This document shows positions 1 through 8,095 of a stretch of DNA of 64,000 nt, one piece after another (position 1 is the first letter of the stretch; each line of letters opens with the position of its first letter). Source of the DNA: an uncultured Dorea sp. GTDB lineage: Bacteria; Bacillota; Clostridia; Lachnospirales; Lachnospiraceae. The DNA is taken from positions 510-64,509 of the forward strand of contig CAKRAH010000009.1 of assembly GCA_934294775.1 (NCBI GenBank), given 5' to 3'. The translations under genes were made by a program, and so were the position numbers. The notes beneath the pieces were generated by a model. That model had not been told where the DNA came from. It searched no databases and saw only the letters and a list, made by a program, of their open reading frames with translations.

Positions 1-1
1 T

Positions 2-421
<420 letters not shown>

Positions 422-514
422 TACAAAATTTGCAAAGATTCGTATGAGATTGACTTGCCTTATTGAAGCTTCTGTGCTAGAATAAATTTGGTTTATCCGC
501 AGGAGGTGTGAATA

Positions 515-757
515 GTGGACATTTTGAAGATTGTATTAATGATAATATTTGCAATAGACTGTATCGCATTAACAGCTATCGTGTTGATGCAGGAAGGTAA
601 GTCAGCTGGGCTTGGTGCCATTAGTGGTATCGCTGATACTTACTGGGGACAGAACAAGGGACGTTCTATGGAAGGTGCGCTGGTGAAGTCAACAAAATTC
701 CTTGCGATTCTGTTTATTGTACTGGCAGCAGTGTTGAATTTGAAAGTATTTGCGTAG
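515..757 (+). CDS. secG: Preprotein translocase subunit SecG
   Basis: 80-aa protein with two TM segments and the QEGKSAGLG motif typical of SecG. It has a GTG start 8 nt after AGGAGG and sits in the classic eno-secG-rnr-smpB neighbourhood. Confidence 0.8.
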   Translation: MDILKIVLMIIFAIDCIALTAIVLMQEGKSAGLGAISGIADTYWGQNKGRSMEGALVKSTKFLAILFIVLAAVLNLKVFA

Positions 758-782
758 GATAAAGCATATTTTTAAGACATGA

Positions 783-815
783 GAGGGACACTCCTGTATG
801 GGAGGGTCCCTTTTT
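783..815 (+). terminator. Intrinsic terminator after secG
   Basis: GC-rich hairpin AGGGAC..GTCCCT followed by a T-run. Confidence 0.6.
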
Positions 816-820
816 CAGAT

Positions 821-864
821 ACCATAGTATGCAAGAGAAGTTAGCAGTGGCAAGTTCTATGTAT
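821..864 (+). repeat. Dispersed hairpin repeat, type A copy (degenerate stem)
   Basis: accatagtatgcaagagaagttagcagtggcaagttctatgtat aligns with the 6667-6710 consensus. Confidence 0.7.
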
Positions 865-908
865 CGCCACGCGTTCGGAAGAAGCTGCCGGTGGCAGGTT
901 CTGTAGAT
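865..908 (+). repeat. Dispersed hairpin repeat, type B copy
   Basis: cgccacgcgttcggaagaagctgccggtggcaggttctgtagat shares the core GAAGCTGCC-NGT-GGCAGGTTC with the other copies. Confidence 0.7.
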
Positions 909-931
909 ATATACATGCAAAGGAGCAGAAA

Positions 932-3088
932 ATGAGTAATAAATTCGAAAAAAGAAAAAAAGTGGTCTACAGTCTGATCTGTGATGACTTATATACGCCA
1001 ATGAAGTTCAAGGAGCTTGCGATGCTTTTTCGTGTGTCAAAAGAAGAAAGAGATGAATTAAGACAGATCTTAGAAGCTCTGGAGCAGGAAGGAAAGATCT
1101 ATCTTTCGAAAAGGGGAAAATACTGCAAAGGACATGCGAAACGTCTGACCGGTGTATTCAGGGCAAGTCTTAAGGGATTTGGATTTGTAGTATTGGATGA
1201 AGGAGATACTGACGATGTATTCATAGGTGCAGATGATACCTGTGGGGCATTTGACGGGGATCATGTAGAGGTTGTAATCTCAAAAGAACCGGAAGGAAGA
1301 AGCCGGGAAGGAAAGATTGTAAAGATTCTGGAACGTGGAATCCTGAAGGTTGTGGGTCTCTATCAGAAAAAGCCTGGAAAGAATTATGGATTTGTGATTC
1401 CGGATAATCAGAGGTTTGACCAGGATATCTTTATACCGGTAGAACGGTCAAAGGGGGCTGTAGATGGACATAAGGTTCTTGTGGAATTGACATCTTACGG
1501 AGAAGACGGTAAAAAGCCGGAAGGAAAGATTGTAGAAATCATAGGTCATATCAATGATCCGGGTACGGATATCATGTCCATTGTAAAAGGTTATGATCTT
1601 CCGGTGGAATTCCCGGAAAAAGTATTAAAACAAGCAGAACGCGTGGCAAAACCGGTGAGTGAAGCCGATATGAATGGAAGAAAAGACCTGCGTGACTGGC
1701 AGATGGTGACGATTGACGGAGAAGATGCCAAAGACCTGGATGATGCAGTATCCCTTACAAAAGAAGGAGAGAATTATGTTCTTGGTGTGCATATCGCAGA
1801 TGTAACGAATTATGTGCAGGAGAACAGCGCACTGGATAGAGAAGCGTTAGAGCGGGGAACCAGTGTGTATCTGGTAGACCGCGTGATCCCGATGCTTCCG
1901 CATACATTGTCCAACGGAATGTGTTCGTTGAATGCAGGAGAAGACAGACTTGCACTCAGCTGTATCATGACGGTAGATCCATCCGGAGATGTGATCGCCC
2001 ACGAGATTGCGGAGACAGTGATTCATGTAGACAGAAGAATGTCTTATACCAGTGTGAAGAAGATTCTGGCAGATCATGATGAGGCGGAAATCGAAGAATA
2101 TAGAGAACTGGTTCCGATGTTCGAAAGAATGCAGGAACTTTCCGGAATATTAAGAGCAAGAAGAAAAAAACGCGGTTCGATCGACTTTGATTTTCCAGAG
2201 ACGAAGATGATCCTGGATGAACAGGGAAGACCGGTAGACATTAAGCCGTATGACAGAAATGTGGCGACAAAGATCATCGAGGACTTCATGCTTCTGGCGA
2301 ATGAAACGGTAGCGGAAGATTATTACTGGCAGGAGCTTCCGTTCGTATACCGTACACATGAAGCACCGGATGAAGAAAAAATCCGGACATTAGCTACGTT
2401 TATCAATAATTTCGGATACTCTATGCACATTGGTGCCAATGAGATCCGGCCAAAAGAAATCCAGAAACTGCTCAGCAAAGTAGAAGATACACCGGAAGAA
2501 GCCATGATCAGCCGTCTGGCGCTCCGTTCGATGAAGCAGGCAAAATATACGGCAGAAAATGATGGACATTTCGGTCTGGCAGCAAATTATTATACACATT
2601 TTACCTCACCGATCCGAAGATATCCGGACCTTCAGATTCATCGTATTATCAAGGATAACCTGCGCGGACGGATGAATGAAAGCAAGATTGAACATTATCA
2701 GTCGATCCTGCCGGAAGTGGCAAAACGTTCCAGCGAGATGGAAAGACGTGCAGATGAGGCGGAGCGTGAGACGATCAAGCTTAAGAAGGTAGAATATATG
2801 CAGGCACATATCGGGGAAATCTTCGAAGGCGTGATCTCGGGAATTACAAAATGGGGCATGTATGTAGAACTTCCAAATACAATAGAAGGGCTTGTACATG
2901 TTACGAATATGACAGATGATCATTATGAATATGATGAGGCAAGATACGAGATGATCGGAATGCATACACGGAAAGTGTATAAGCTTGGTGAAAAGATTAT
3001 GATCAAAGTTCTGGATGCAGACCGTCTGATGCGTACGATTGACTTTAAGATTGCAAGCAAGGGGGATATAGAAGATGGCGAAGAGTAA
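932..3088 (+). CDS. rnr: Ribonuclease R (3'-5' exoribonuclease, RNB family with C-terminal S1 domain)
   Basis: 718 aa. It has cold-shock-like N-terminal domains, RNB catalytic motifs ([34 protein letters not shown]) and an S1 domain ([20 protein letters not shown]). AAGGAG RBS. Confidence 0.92.
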   Translation: MSNKFEKRKKVVYSLICDDLYTPMKFKELAMLFRVSKEERDELRQILEALEQEGKIYLSKRGKYCKGHAKRLTGVFRASLKGFGFVVLDEGDTDDVFIGADDTCGAFDGDHVEVVISKEPEGRSREGKIVKILERGILKVVGLYQKKPGKNYGFVIPDNQRFDQDIFIPVERSKGAVDGHKVLVELTSYGEDGKKPEGKIVEIIGHINDPGTDIMSIVKGYDLPVEFPEKVLKQAERVAKPVSEADMNGRKDLRDWQMVTIDGEDAKDLDDAVSLTKEGENYVLGVHIADVTNYVQENSALDREALERGTSVYLVDRVIPMLPHTLSNGMCSLNAGEDRLALSCIMTVDPSGDVIAHEIAETVIHVDRRMSYTSVKKILADHDEAEIEEYRELVPMFERMQELSGILRARRKKRGSIDFDFPETKMILDEQGRPVDIKPYDRNVATKIIEDFMLLANETVAEDYYWQELPFVYRTHEAPDEEKIRTLATFINNFGYSMHIGANEIRPKEIQKLLSKVEDTPEEAMISRLALRSMKQAKYTAENDGHFGLAANYYTHFTSPIRRYPDLQIHRIIKDNLRGRMNESKIEHYQSILPEVAKRSSEMERRADEAERETIKLKKVEYMQAHIGEIFEGVISGITKWGMYVELPNTIEGLVHVTNMTDDHYEYDEARYEMIGMHTRKVYKLGEKIMIKVLDADRLMRTIDFKIASKGDIEDGEE

Positions 3089-3539
3089 TGACAAGATGGT
3101 TGCGAATAACAAAAAAGCATATCATGATTATTTTATACTGGAAAAATATGAGACAGGAATTGCACTGCACGGGACGGAAGTAAAGTCCTTAAGAATGGGA
3201 AAGTGCAGCATCAAAGAATCATTTATCCGTATTGAAAATGGAGAAGTCTTTATCTATGGCATGCATATCAGCCCATATGAAAAGGGTAATATTTTTAATA
3301 AAGATCCGCTCAGAGTCCGTAAGCTTTTGCTTCATAAGTCAGAAATCAATAAACTGATCGGAAAGACAAAAGAAAAGGGAATGGCGATCGTTCCTCTGAA
3401 GGTATATTTTAAAGGAAGCCTTGTAAAAGTAGAGATTGGTCTTGCAAAAGGTAAGAAATTGTACGATAAACGTCAAGATATTGCAAAGAAAGACCAGAGA
3501 CGTGAAGCAGAACGTGACTATAAGATGAAGCTTCGCTAG
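3075..3539 (+). CDS. smpB: SsrA-binding protein SmpB
   Basis: 154 aa with [27 protein letters not shown]...LLLHKSEI, a canonical SmpB sequence. It overlaps the rnr stop by 14 nt. Confidence 0.92.
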   Translation: MAKSNDKMVANNKKAYHDYFILEKYETGIALHGTEVKSLRMGKCSIKESFIRIENGEVFIYGMHISPYEKGNIFNKDPLRVRKLLLHKSEINKLIGKTKEKGMAIVPLKVYFKGSLVKVEIGLAKGKKLYDKRQDIAKKDQRREAERDYKMKLR

Positions 3540-3619
3540 AGTGTGACATATATTTTGCAGGAATAATTTTTCAGACATGCTCTAGAATAGATTAGGATTG
3601 AACAGGGAGAAGACAGGAT

Positions 3620-3853
3620 ATGGTACCTACAAAGAAGGAAGAATTAAGAAAACTGGTTACACAGACAACCATGGAGACATATGAAGAACTGACACCACAT
3701 CTGGTGCAGATGATTAATGACACAGCAGCAAATCCGGAACTTACCGATGCACAGAAGCAGGATGAAATCTCTTTACATATGATGGGGTTTGTAAAATCAT
3801 GCACCAATGAGATCATTATAGAAGTATTAGCAGACATCCTTGGGCTTGAGTAA
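3620..3853 (+). CDS. Hypothetical small acidic protein (77 aa)
   Basis: ORF with a GGGAGA-type RBS. No family recognised. It occupies a gap that is otherwise non-coding. Confidence 0.4.
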   Translation: MVPTKKEELRKLVTQTTMETYEELTPHLVQMINDTAANPELTDAQKQDEISLHMMGFVKSCTNEIIIEVLADILGLE

Positions 3854-3949
3854 GTGAAAAATATAGAGAAAAATAAACGGGAAAATAATTAGTCATTGTT
3901 GGAAATGTACGAAAATGCATTTTGGACAAACAAAAAGTCAGAAATCTTC

Positions 3950-3978
3950 TTGACAAAAAAAGTTTACGGGGGTAAACT
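3950..3978 (+). promoter_or_regulatory. Sigma-A type promoter upstream of the amt-PII leader
   Basis: TTGACA (3950-3955), a 17-nt spacer, then TAAACT (3973-3978). Confidence 0.5.
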
Positions 3979-3996
3979 ACGGGACATAAAAGCAAG

Positions 3997-4039
3997 GGCG
4001 CTTCGAAAGATAACATTTCGAGGCGCTTTTCTTTTTTTG
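3997..4039 (+). terminator. Terminator-like hairpin 1 in the amt leader (could instead terminate the 77-aa ORF)
   Basis: GCGCTTCGAAA-gataaca-TTTCGAGGCGC followed by TTTTCTTTTTTT. Confidence 0.5.
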
Positions 4040-4096
4040 TAAGATAACTGCCGGGAGCTGTCTGTGGCAATTCCCTGCGGATGCATGATAACACAA

Positions 4097-4148
4097 GGGC
4101 GTGTATATTCTGTGAGTCGGCCACAGAAGGTACACGCTCTTTTTGTTT
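4097..4148 (+). terminator. Terminator-like hairpin 2 in the amt leader
   Basis: GGGCGTGTA..CTGTG-agtcggc-CACAG..TACACGCTC followed by TTTTTGTTT, about 90 nt upstream of the amt start codon. Confidence 0.45.
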
Positions 4149-4236
4149 GAAGGTTGTTGTCATGTATCCGAAAGGAACTGGCGGAGGCGGGGAAAGGACG
4201 TTATCGTACATCTGAAGGATGAAGGAGGTAACATTA

Positions 4237-5990
4237 TGACGAAAGAAGTATTAACGGCCATACAGGAAGCTGTAGGCACACAGGTATTTGGAATATGGTT
4301 CCTGATCGGTGCGGCTTTTGTATTTTTTATGCAGGCAGGATTTGCAATGGTAGAGGCAGGATTTACCAGAGCAAAGAATGCAGGTAACATTATCATGAAG
4401 AACCTGATGGACTTTTGTATAGGAACTTGTGTATTTATCCCACTGGGATTTGGAATTTTACTTGGAGAGGATGCACTTGGAGGATTTATCGGAGTACCGA
4501 CACTTGGAATCTTTACCGATTATGCACATTTTGACTGGTCTAACTTCGTATTTAACCTTGTGTTCTGCGCAACAACAGCAACCATCGTATCCGGAGCAAT
4601 GGCAGAAAGAACCAAGTTCTTATCTTATTGTATTTATTCAGCAGTCATTTCAGCAGTTGTATATCCGATCGAGGCTCACTGGATCTGGGGCGGCGGCTGG
4701 CTTGCAAGCTTAGGCTTTCATGATTTTGCAGGTTCTGCGGCAATACATATGGTAGGTGGAACAACCGCATTTATCGGAGCTGCTCTGGAAGGAGCCAGAA
4801 TTGGTAAATTTACAAGAGACAAAGATGGAAAAGTTACAAAAGTACATGCATTTCCAGGACATAACCTTGTAATCGGTGCACTTGGATGCTTTATCCTCTG
4901 GTTTGGATGGTATGGATTCAACGGTGCAGCGGCATCTACAGGATCCCAGCTTGCTTCAATCTTTATGGCAACTACGATCGCACCGGCAATTGCAACCGTT
5001 GTATGTATGGTATTTACATGGTTAAAATATGGAAAACCAGATGTATCTATGTGTCTGAATGCTTCCCTTGCAGGACTGGTAGCAATTACAGCTCCTTGTG
5101 ATGTGGTAGATGCAGCAGGTGCTGTTATCATTGGTGCCGTAGCCGGATTGTTAGTTGTATTTGGCGTATGGTTCTGTGATTATGTGGCACATGTAGATGA
5201 CCCGGTTGGTGCTGTTGCAGTACATTGCTTAAATGGTATCTGGGGTACGATCGCAGTCGGACTTTTTGCAACAAAGAGTGCACCAGAGTGTACCATCAAA
5301 GGCCTGTTCTATGGTGGTGGTTTCCATCAGCTGGGATTACAGCTTCTTGGTGTTGTAACTGTTATGGCATGGACGATCGTTACGATGACAATCGTATTCA
5401 AAGTAATCGATAAGACAATCGGACTCAGAGTTACTGAAGAAGAGGAAATCGTAGGTCTGGATGTGAAAGAACATGGTCTTGCATCTGCATACGCAGGATT
5501 CAGTTTGATGGATATCACAGAAGGAAGCATGAGTATCAATGAAAATACAGAGCTTGGTGAGAATGATTACGATGAAGCAACAGAAGCTCAGAGAGCAGCA
5601 GCTATCAAAGTGGCAGCTCCGGTAGATCCAGAGACAGGAATCCACAAAGTGGTTATTATCGCAAAACTTTCAAGATATGAGAAACTGAAGAGTGCCTTAA
5701 ATGATCTTGGAGTAACTGGAATGACTGTTACACAGGTTATGGGATGTGGAGTCCAGAAAGGTGCCGGCGAGAAATATCGTGGTGTTGAAATGGACGTAAC
5801 CGTACTTCCAAAAGTAAAAGTAGAAGTTATCGTAGGAAGCATTCCGGTAGAAAAAGTCATCGATACTGTTAAGAGAACACTCTACACAGGACATGTTGGA
5901 GATGGTAAGATCTTCGTTTACAATGTACAGAAAGTTGTAAAAGTACGTACAGGTGAGGAAGATTATGACGCATTAAGAGATGTGGAATAA
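4237..5990 (+). CDS. amt: Ammonium transporter (Amt family) fused to a C-terminal P-II (GlnB/GlnK) domain
   Basis: ATG at 4237 lies 8 nt after GAAGGAGG. About 11 TM segments carry Amt motifs (FMQAGFAMVEAG, DFAGSAAIHMVGG, GFNGAA). The last ~115 aa (IHKVVIIAKL...GVQKGAGEKYRGVE...GDGKIFVY) form a P-II fold with the T-loop YRG. Confidence 0.88.
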
Positions 5991-6027
5991 AAGAGAATTA
6001 TAAAGATCAGAAATGACTGATAATGGA

Positions 6028-6076
6028 GACAGCTGTTATGATAGAGAGAAATTTCTATATGGCAGCTGTCTTTTTT
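6028..6076 (+). terminator. Intrinsic terminator after amt-PII
   Basis: GACAGCTGT ... GCAGCTGTC followed by TTTTTT. Confidence 0.6.
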
Positions 6077-6121
6077 ATGCAAAGTATTCGAAAGAAGCTG
6101 CCAGTGGCAGGTTCTGTAGAT
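6077..6121 (+). repeat. Dispersed hairpin repeat, type B copy
   Basis: atgcaaagtattcgaaagaagctgccagtggcaggttctgtagat. Confidence 0.75.
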
Positions 6122-6165
6122 GTCAAAGCAAGCAAGAGAAGCTTTCAGTAACAGGTTCTCTGTGT
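6122..6165 (+). repeat. Dispersed hairpin repeat, type A copy (degenerate stem)
   Basis: gtcaaagcaagcaagagaagctttcagtaacaggttctctgtgt. Confidence 0.65.
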
Positions 6166-6191
6166 TTTAGAAAAGAATTGAAGCAGTATGC

Positions 6192-6220
6192 TTGACATAA
6201 AGAGATTCTGGCACTATAAT
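6192..6220 (+). promoter_or_regulatory. Consensus sigma-A promoter for ssrA
   Basis: TTGACA (6192-6197), a 17-nt spacer, then TATAAT (6215-6220), about 48 nt upstream of the mature tmRNA 5' end. Confidence 0.65.
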
Positions 6221-6267
6221 AAAATTTACCTAAAAGACAGTCTGCAAACCAGAAAAGCAACAATTCA

Positions 6268-6615
6268 GGGCTTGTACTGGTTTCGACGGGGGTCTGGAAG
6301 TTGGAGAAGCCATCCGTAGTGGGACACTACGTTAAAAGTTCCATCTAAATATAAACGCAGACAATGAATTAGCGTACGCAGCCTAATTAGGCAGCAGTCG
6401 GCCCCGGATCATCCGCTGTCCGGGTCACCGGCTTCAAACAGGCGGAGCACTTCGTTTCCAAAGCTTTGAGGAAATGGAAGAATTTATGAAGCTACTAAAG
6501 TGTGTAACCTGTCATTAGGTGACGCATGGAGGGAATGTCAGAATAATGACTGTGATGGGAGATGCTCGAATGGATGGGCTTTCGGACGCGGGTTCAACTC
6601 CCGCCAGGTCCACTA
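6268..6615 (+). ncRNA. ssrA: Transfer-messenger RNA (tmRNA, SsrA)
   Basis: The 5' end GGGCTTGTACTGGTTTCGACGGGGG pairs with the 3' end ...GGACGCGGGTTCAACTCCCGCCAGGTCCA. This gives a 7-bp acceptor stem with G3:U70 and a T-arm GCGGG-TTCAACT-CCCGC. The internal tag ORF GCA GAC AAT GAA TTA GCG TAC GCA GCC TAA (6357-6386) encodes ADNELAYAA. The 3' CCA is not fully encoded (CTA). Confidence 0.92.
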
Positions 6616-6617
6616 AA

Positions 6618-6665
6618 AAAATATCCCGGAATTCTTAGTTGTAAGAGTCCCGGGATATTTTTTTG
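6618..6665 (+). terminator. Intrinsic terminator after ssrA
   Basis: AAATATCCCGG ... CCGGGATATTT followed by TTTTT. Confidence 0.6.
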
Positions 6666-6666
6666 T

Positions 6667-6710
6667 ACCAAAGTATGCAAGAGAAGCTGCCAGTGGCAGG
6701 TTCTCTGTAT
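6667..6710 (+). repeat. Dispersed hairpin repeat, type A (best consensus copy)
   Basis: accaaagtatgcaagagaagctgccagtggcaggttctctgtat. Confidence 0.8.
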
Positions 6711-6925
6711 TAGAACATAATGAATGATAATGAGAATAAATATCAAAATAAAGAAAAGTAATTGCGCTTCTAAAAAAGCTATGCTACATTTATTGAGTTA
6801 GAAGCGTGCAACAAAAGTTCGATAGACTAACTTGATAAATATATGTTGGTTTAACAATATAAAGAAATTATCACAGATAGTCTGAAAAGCTTGAGGATAT
6901 AAAAAGACAAAACAAGGATAAAAGT

Positions 6926-8005
6926 ATGAAAAAGCGGATTGTAATTGCTATTTTATGTGCCACTATGTCGGTGGGAATGGTTGGATGTAATAAAACGGAG
7001 TCTTCTTCAGATAAGACCCAGACATCAACTGAGAATAAAACAACAAAAACAGATACAGCAAACGATGAAAAACAAAGCAAAGATATCTTTGCGATGGATA
7101 CCTATATGACGGTCACAGCGTATGGAGAACATGCACAGGAAGCCGTGGATAAGGCAGAAGAAGAGATCAACAGATTAGACGGGATGTTATCTACCGGAAA
7201 AGAGACCAGCGAAGTATATAAACTCAATCAGGCAGGAGAAGGAACGGTATCAGAGGATACCGCCTATCTGTTTGAAGAATCAGAAAAGCTCTATAAAGAG
7301 ACTGACGGCGTATTTGACATCTCTATCTATCCGGTAATGGATGCCTGGGGATTTACTACAGAAAATTACAGAGTTCCGGGACAGGATGAAATGAATACAT
7401 TGCTTGAAAATGTAGATGCATCGAAGATTACTTATGACAAGGCATCAAAAAAGATTACTCTTCCGGAAAGAGTAAAGATTGATTTTGGAGGAATCGCCAA
7501 AGGATATACATCTTCCAGGATCATGGACATTTACAAAGAATGTGGAGTGACAAGTGGTCTTGTAAGCCTTGGCGGTAACGTACAGCTGTTAGGTAAGAAA
7601 ACGGACGGAAGTGACTGGAAAGTTGCCGTGGAAAGCCCGGAAGAAGACGGCAATTATCTAGGAATCCTGCAGGCTGCAGATAAAGCGGTTATTACATCCG
7701 GCGGCTATGAGAGATATTTTGAACAGGATGGTAAGAAATATCATCACATTATTGATCCTGCTACCGGATATCCGGCGGAAAACGGTCTGACATCCGTTAC
7801 AATCGTAAGCGATGATGGAACATTGGCAGATGGACTTTCCACATCACTGTTTATCATGGGAAAAGATAAGGCAGAAGCGTTCTGGAAAAAGAACAGTGAT
7901 AAATTCGATACGATCTTACTTACAGATGATAATGAATTATATGTATCTGAGGGAATTGCAGATAAGTTTGAATCTGATTATGACGTTCATGTAATGAAAA
8001 AATAA
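6926..8005 (+). CDS. apbE: FAD:protein FMN transferase (ApbE family), lipoprotein
   Basis: 359 aa. The signal peptide has the lipobox MVG-C. ApbE motifs are present: DTYMTVTAYG, DISIYPVMDAWGF, KIDFGGIAKGY, GGYERYF...HHIIDPATG. Confidence 0.85.
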   Translation: MKKRIVIAILCATMSVGMVGCNKTESSSDKTQTSTENKTTKTDTANDEKQSKDIFAMDTYMTVTAYGEHAQEAVDKAEEEINRLDGMLSTGKETSEVYKLNQAGEGTVSEDTAYLFEESEKLYKETDGVFDISIYPVMDAWGFTTENYRVPGQDEMNTLLENVDASKITYDKASKKITLPERVKIDFGGIAKGYTSSRIMDIYKECGVTSGLVSLGGNVQLLGKKTDGSDWKVAVESPEEDGNYLGILQAADKAVITSGGYERYFEQDGKKYHHIIDPATGYPAENGLTSVTIVSDDGTLADGLSTSLFIMGKDKAEAFWKKNSDKFDTILLTDDNELYVSEGIADKFESDYDVHVMKK

Positions 8006-8095
8006 GGAATGTTAGCAGAAGGAAATATTTGGAACGAAAGATTCCATATAGTACAGTGACATGAAAAGACATAAACATGAAATAGAGGCGAAGTT

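Noticed and set aside
4143-4236. N-terminal extension of the amt-PII ORF (MFEGCCHVSERNWRRRGKDVIVHLKDEGGNI...) given in the ORF track
   Set aside because: The extension has no RBS and overlaps the U-tract of the second leader hairpin. It also has a non-membrane, Cys/Arg-rich composition. The internal ATG at 4237 has a GAAGGAGG RBS and begins the conserved Amt sequence.
6013-6195. 60-aa ORF between amt and ssrA
   Set aside because: It is made up entirely of the amt terminator, two copies of the dispersed hairpin repeat and the ssrA promoter. It has no RBS.
6711-6925. Possible FMN (RFN) riboswitch upstream of the flavin cluster
   Set aside because: The region is AT-rich and lacks the conserved RFN core. 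There is only an imperfect inverted repeat, TTGCGCTTCTAA..TTAGAAGCGTGCAA (6759-6808), which I could not tie to any known element.
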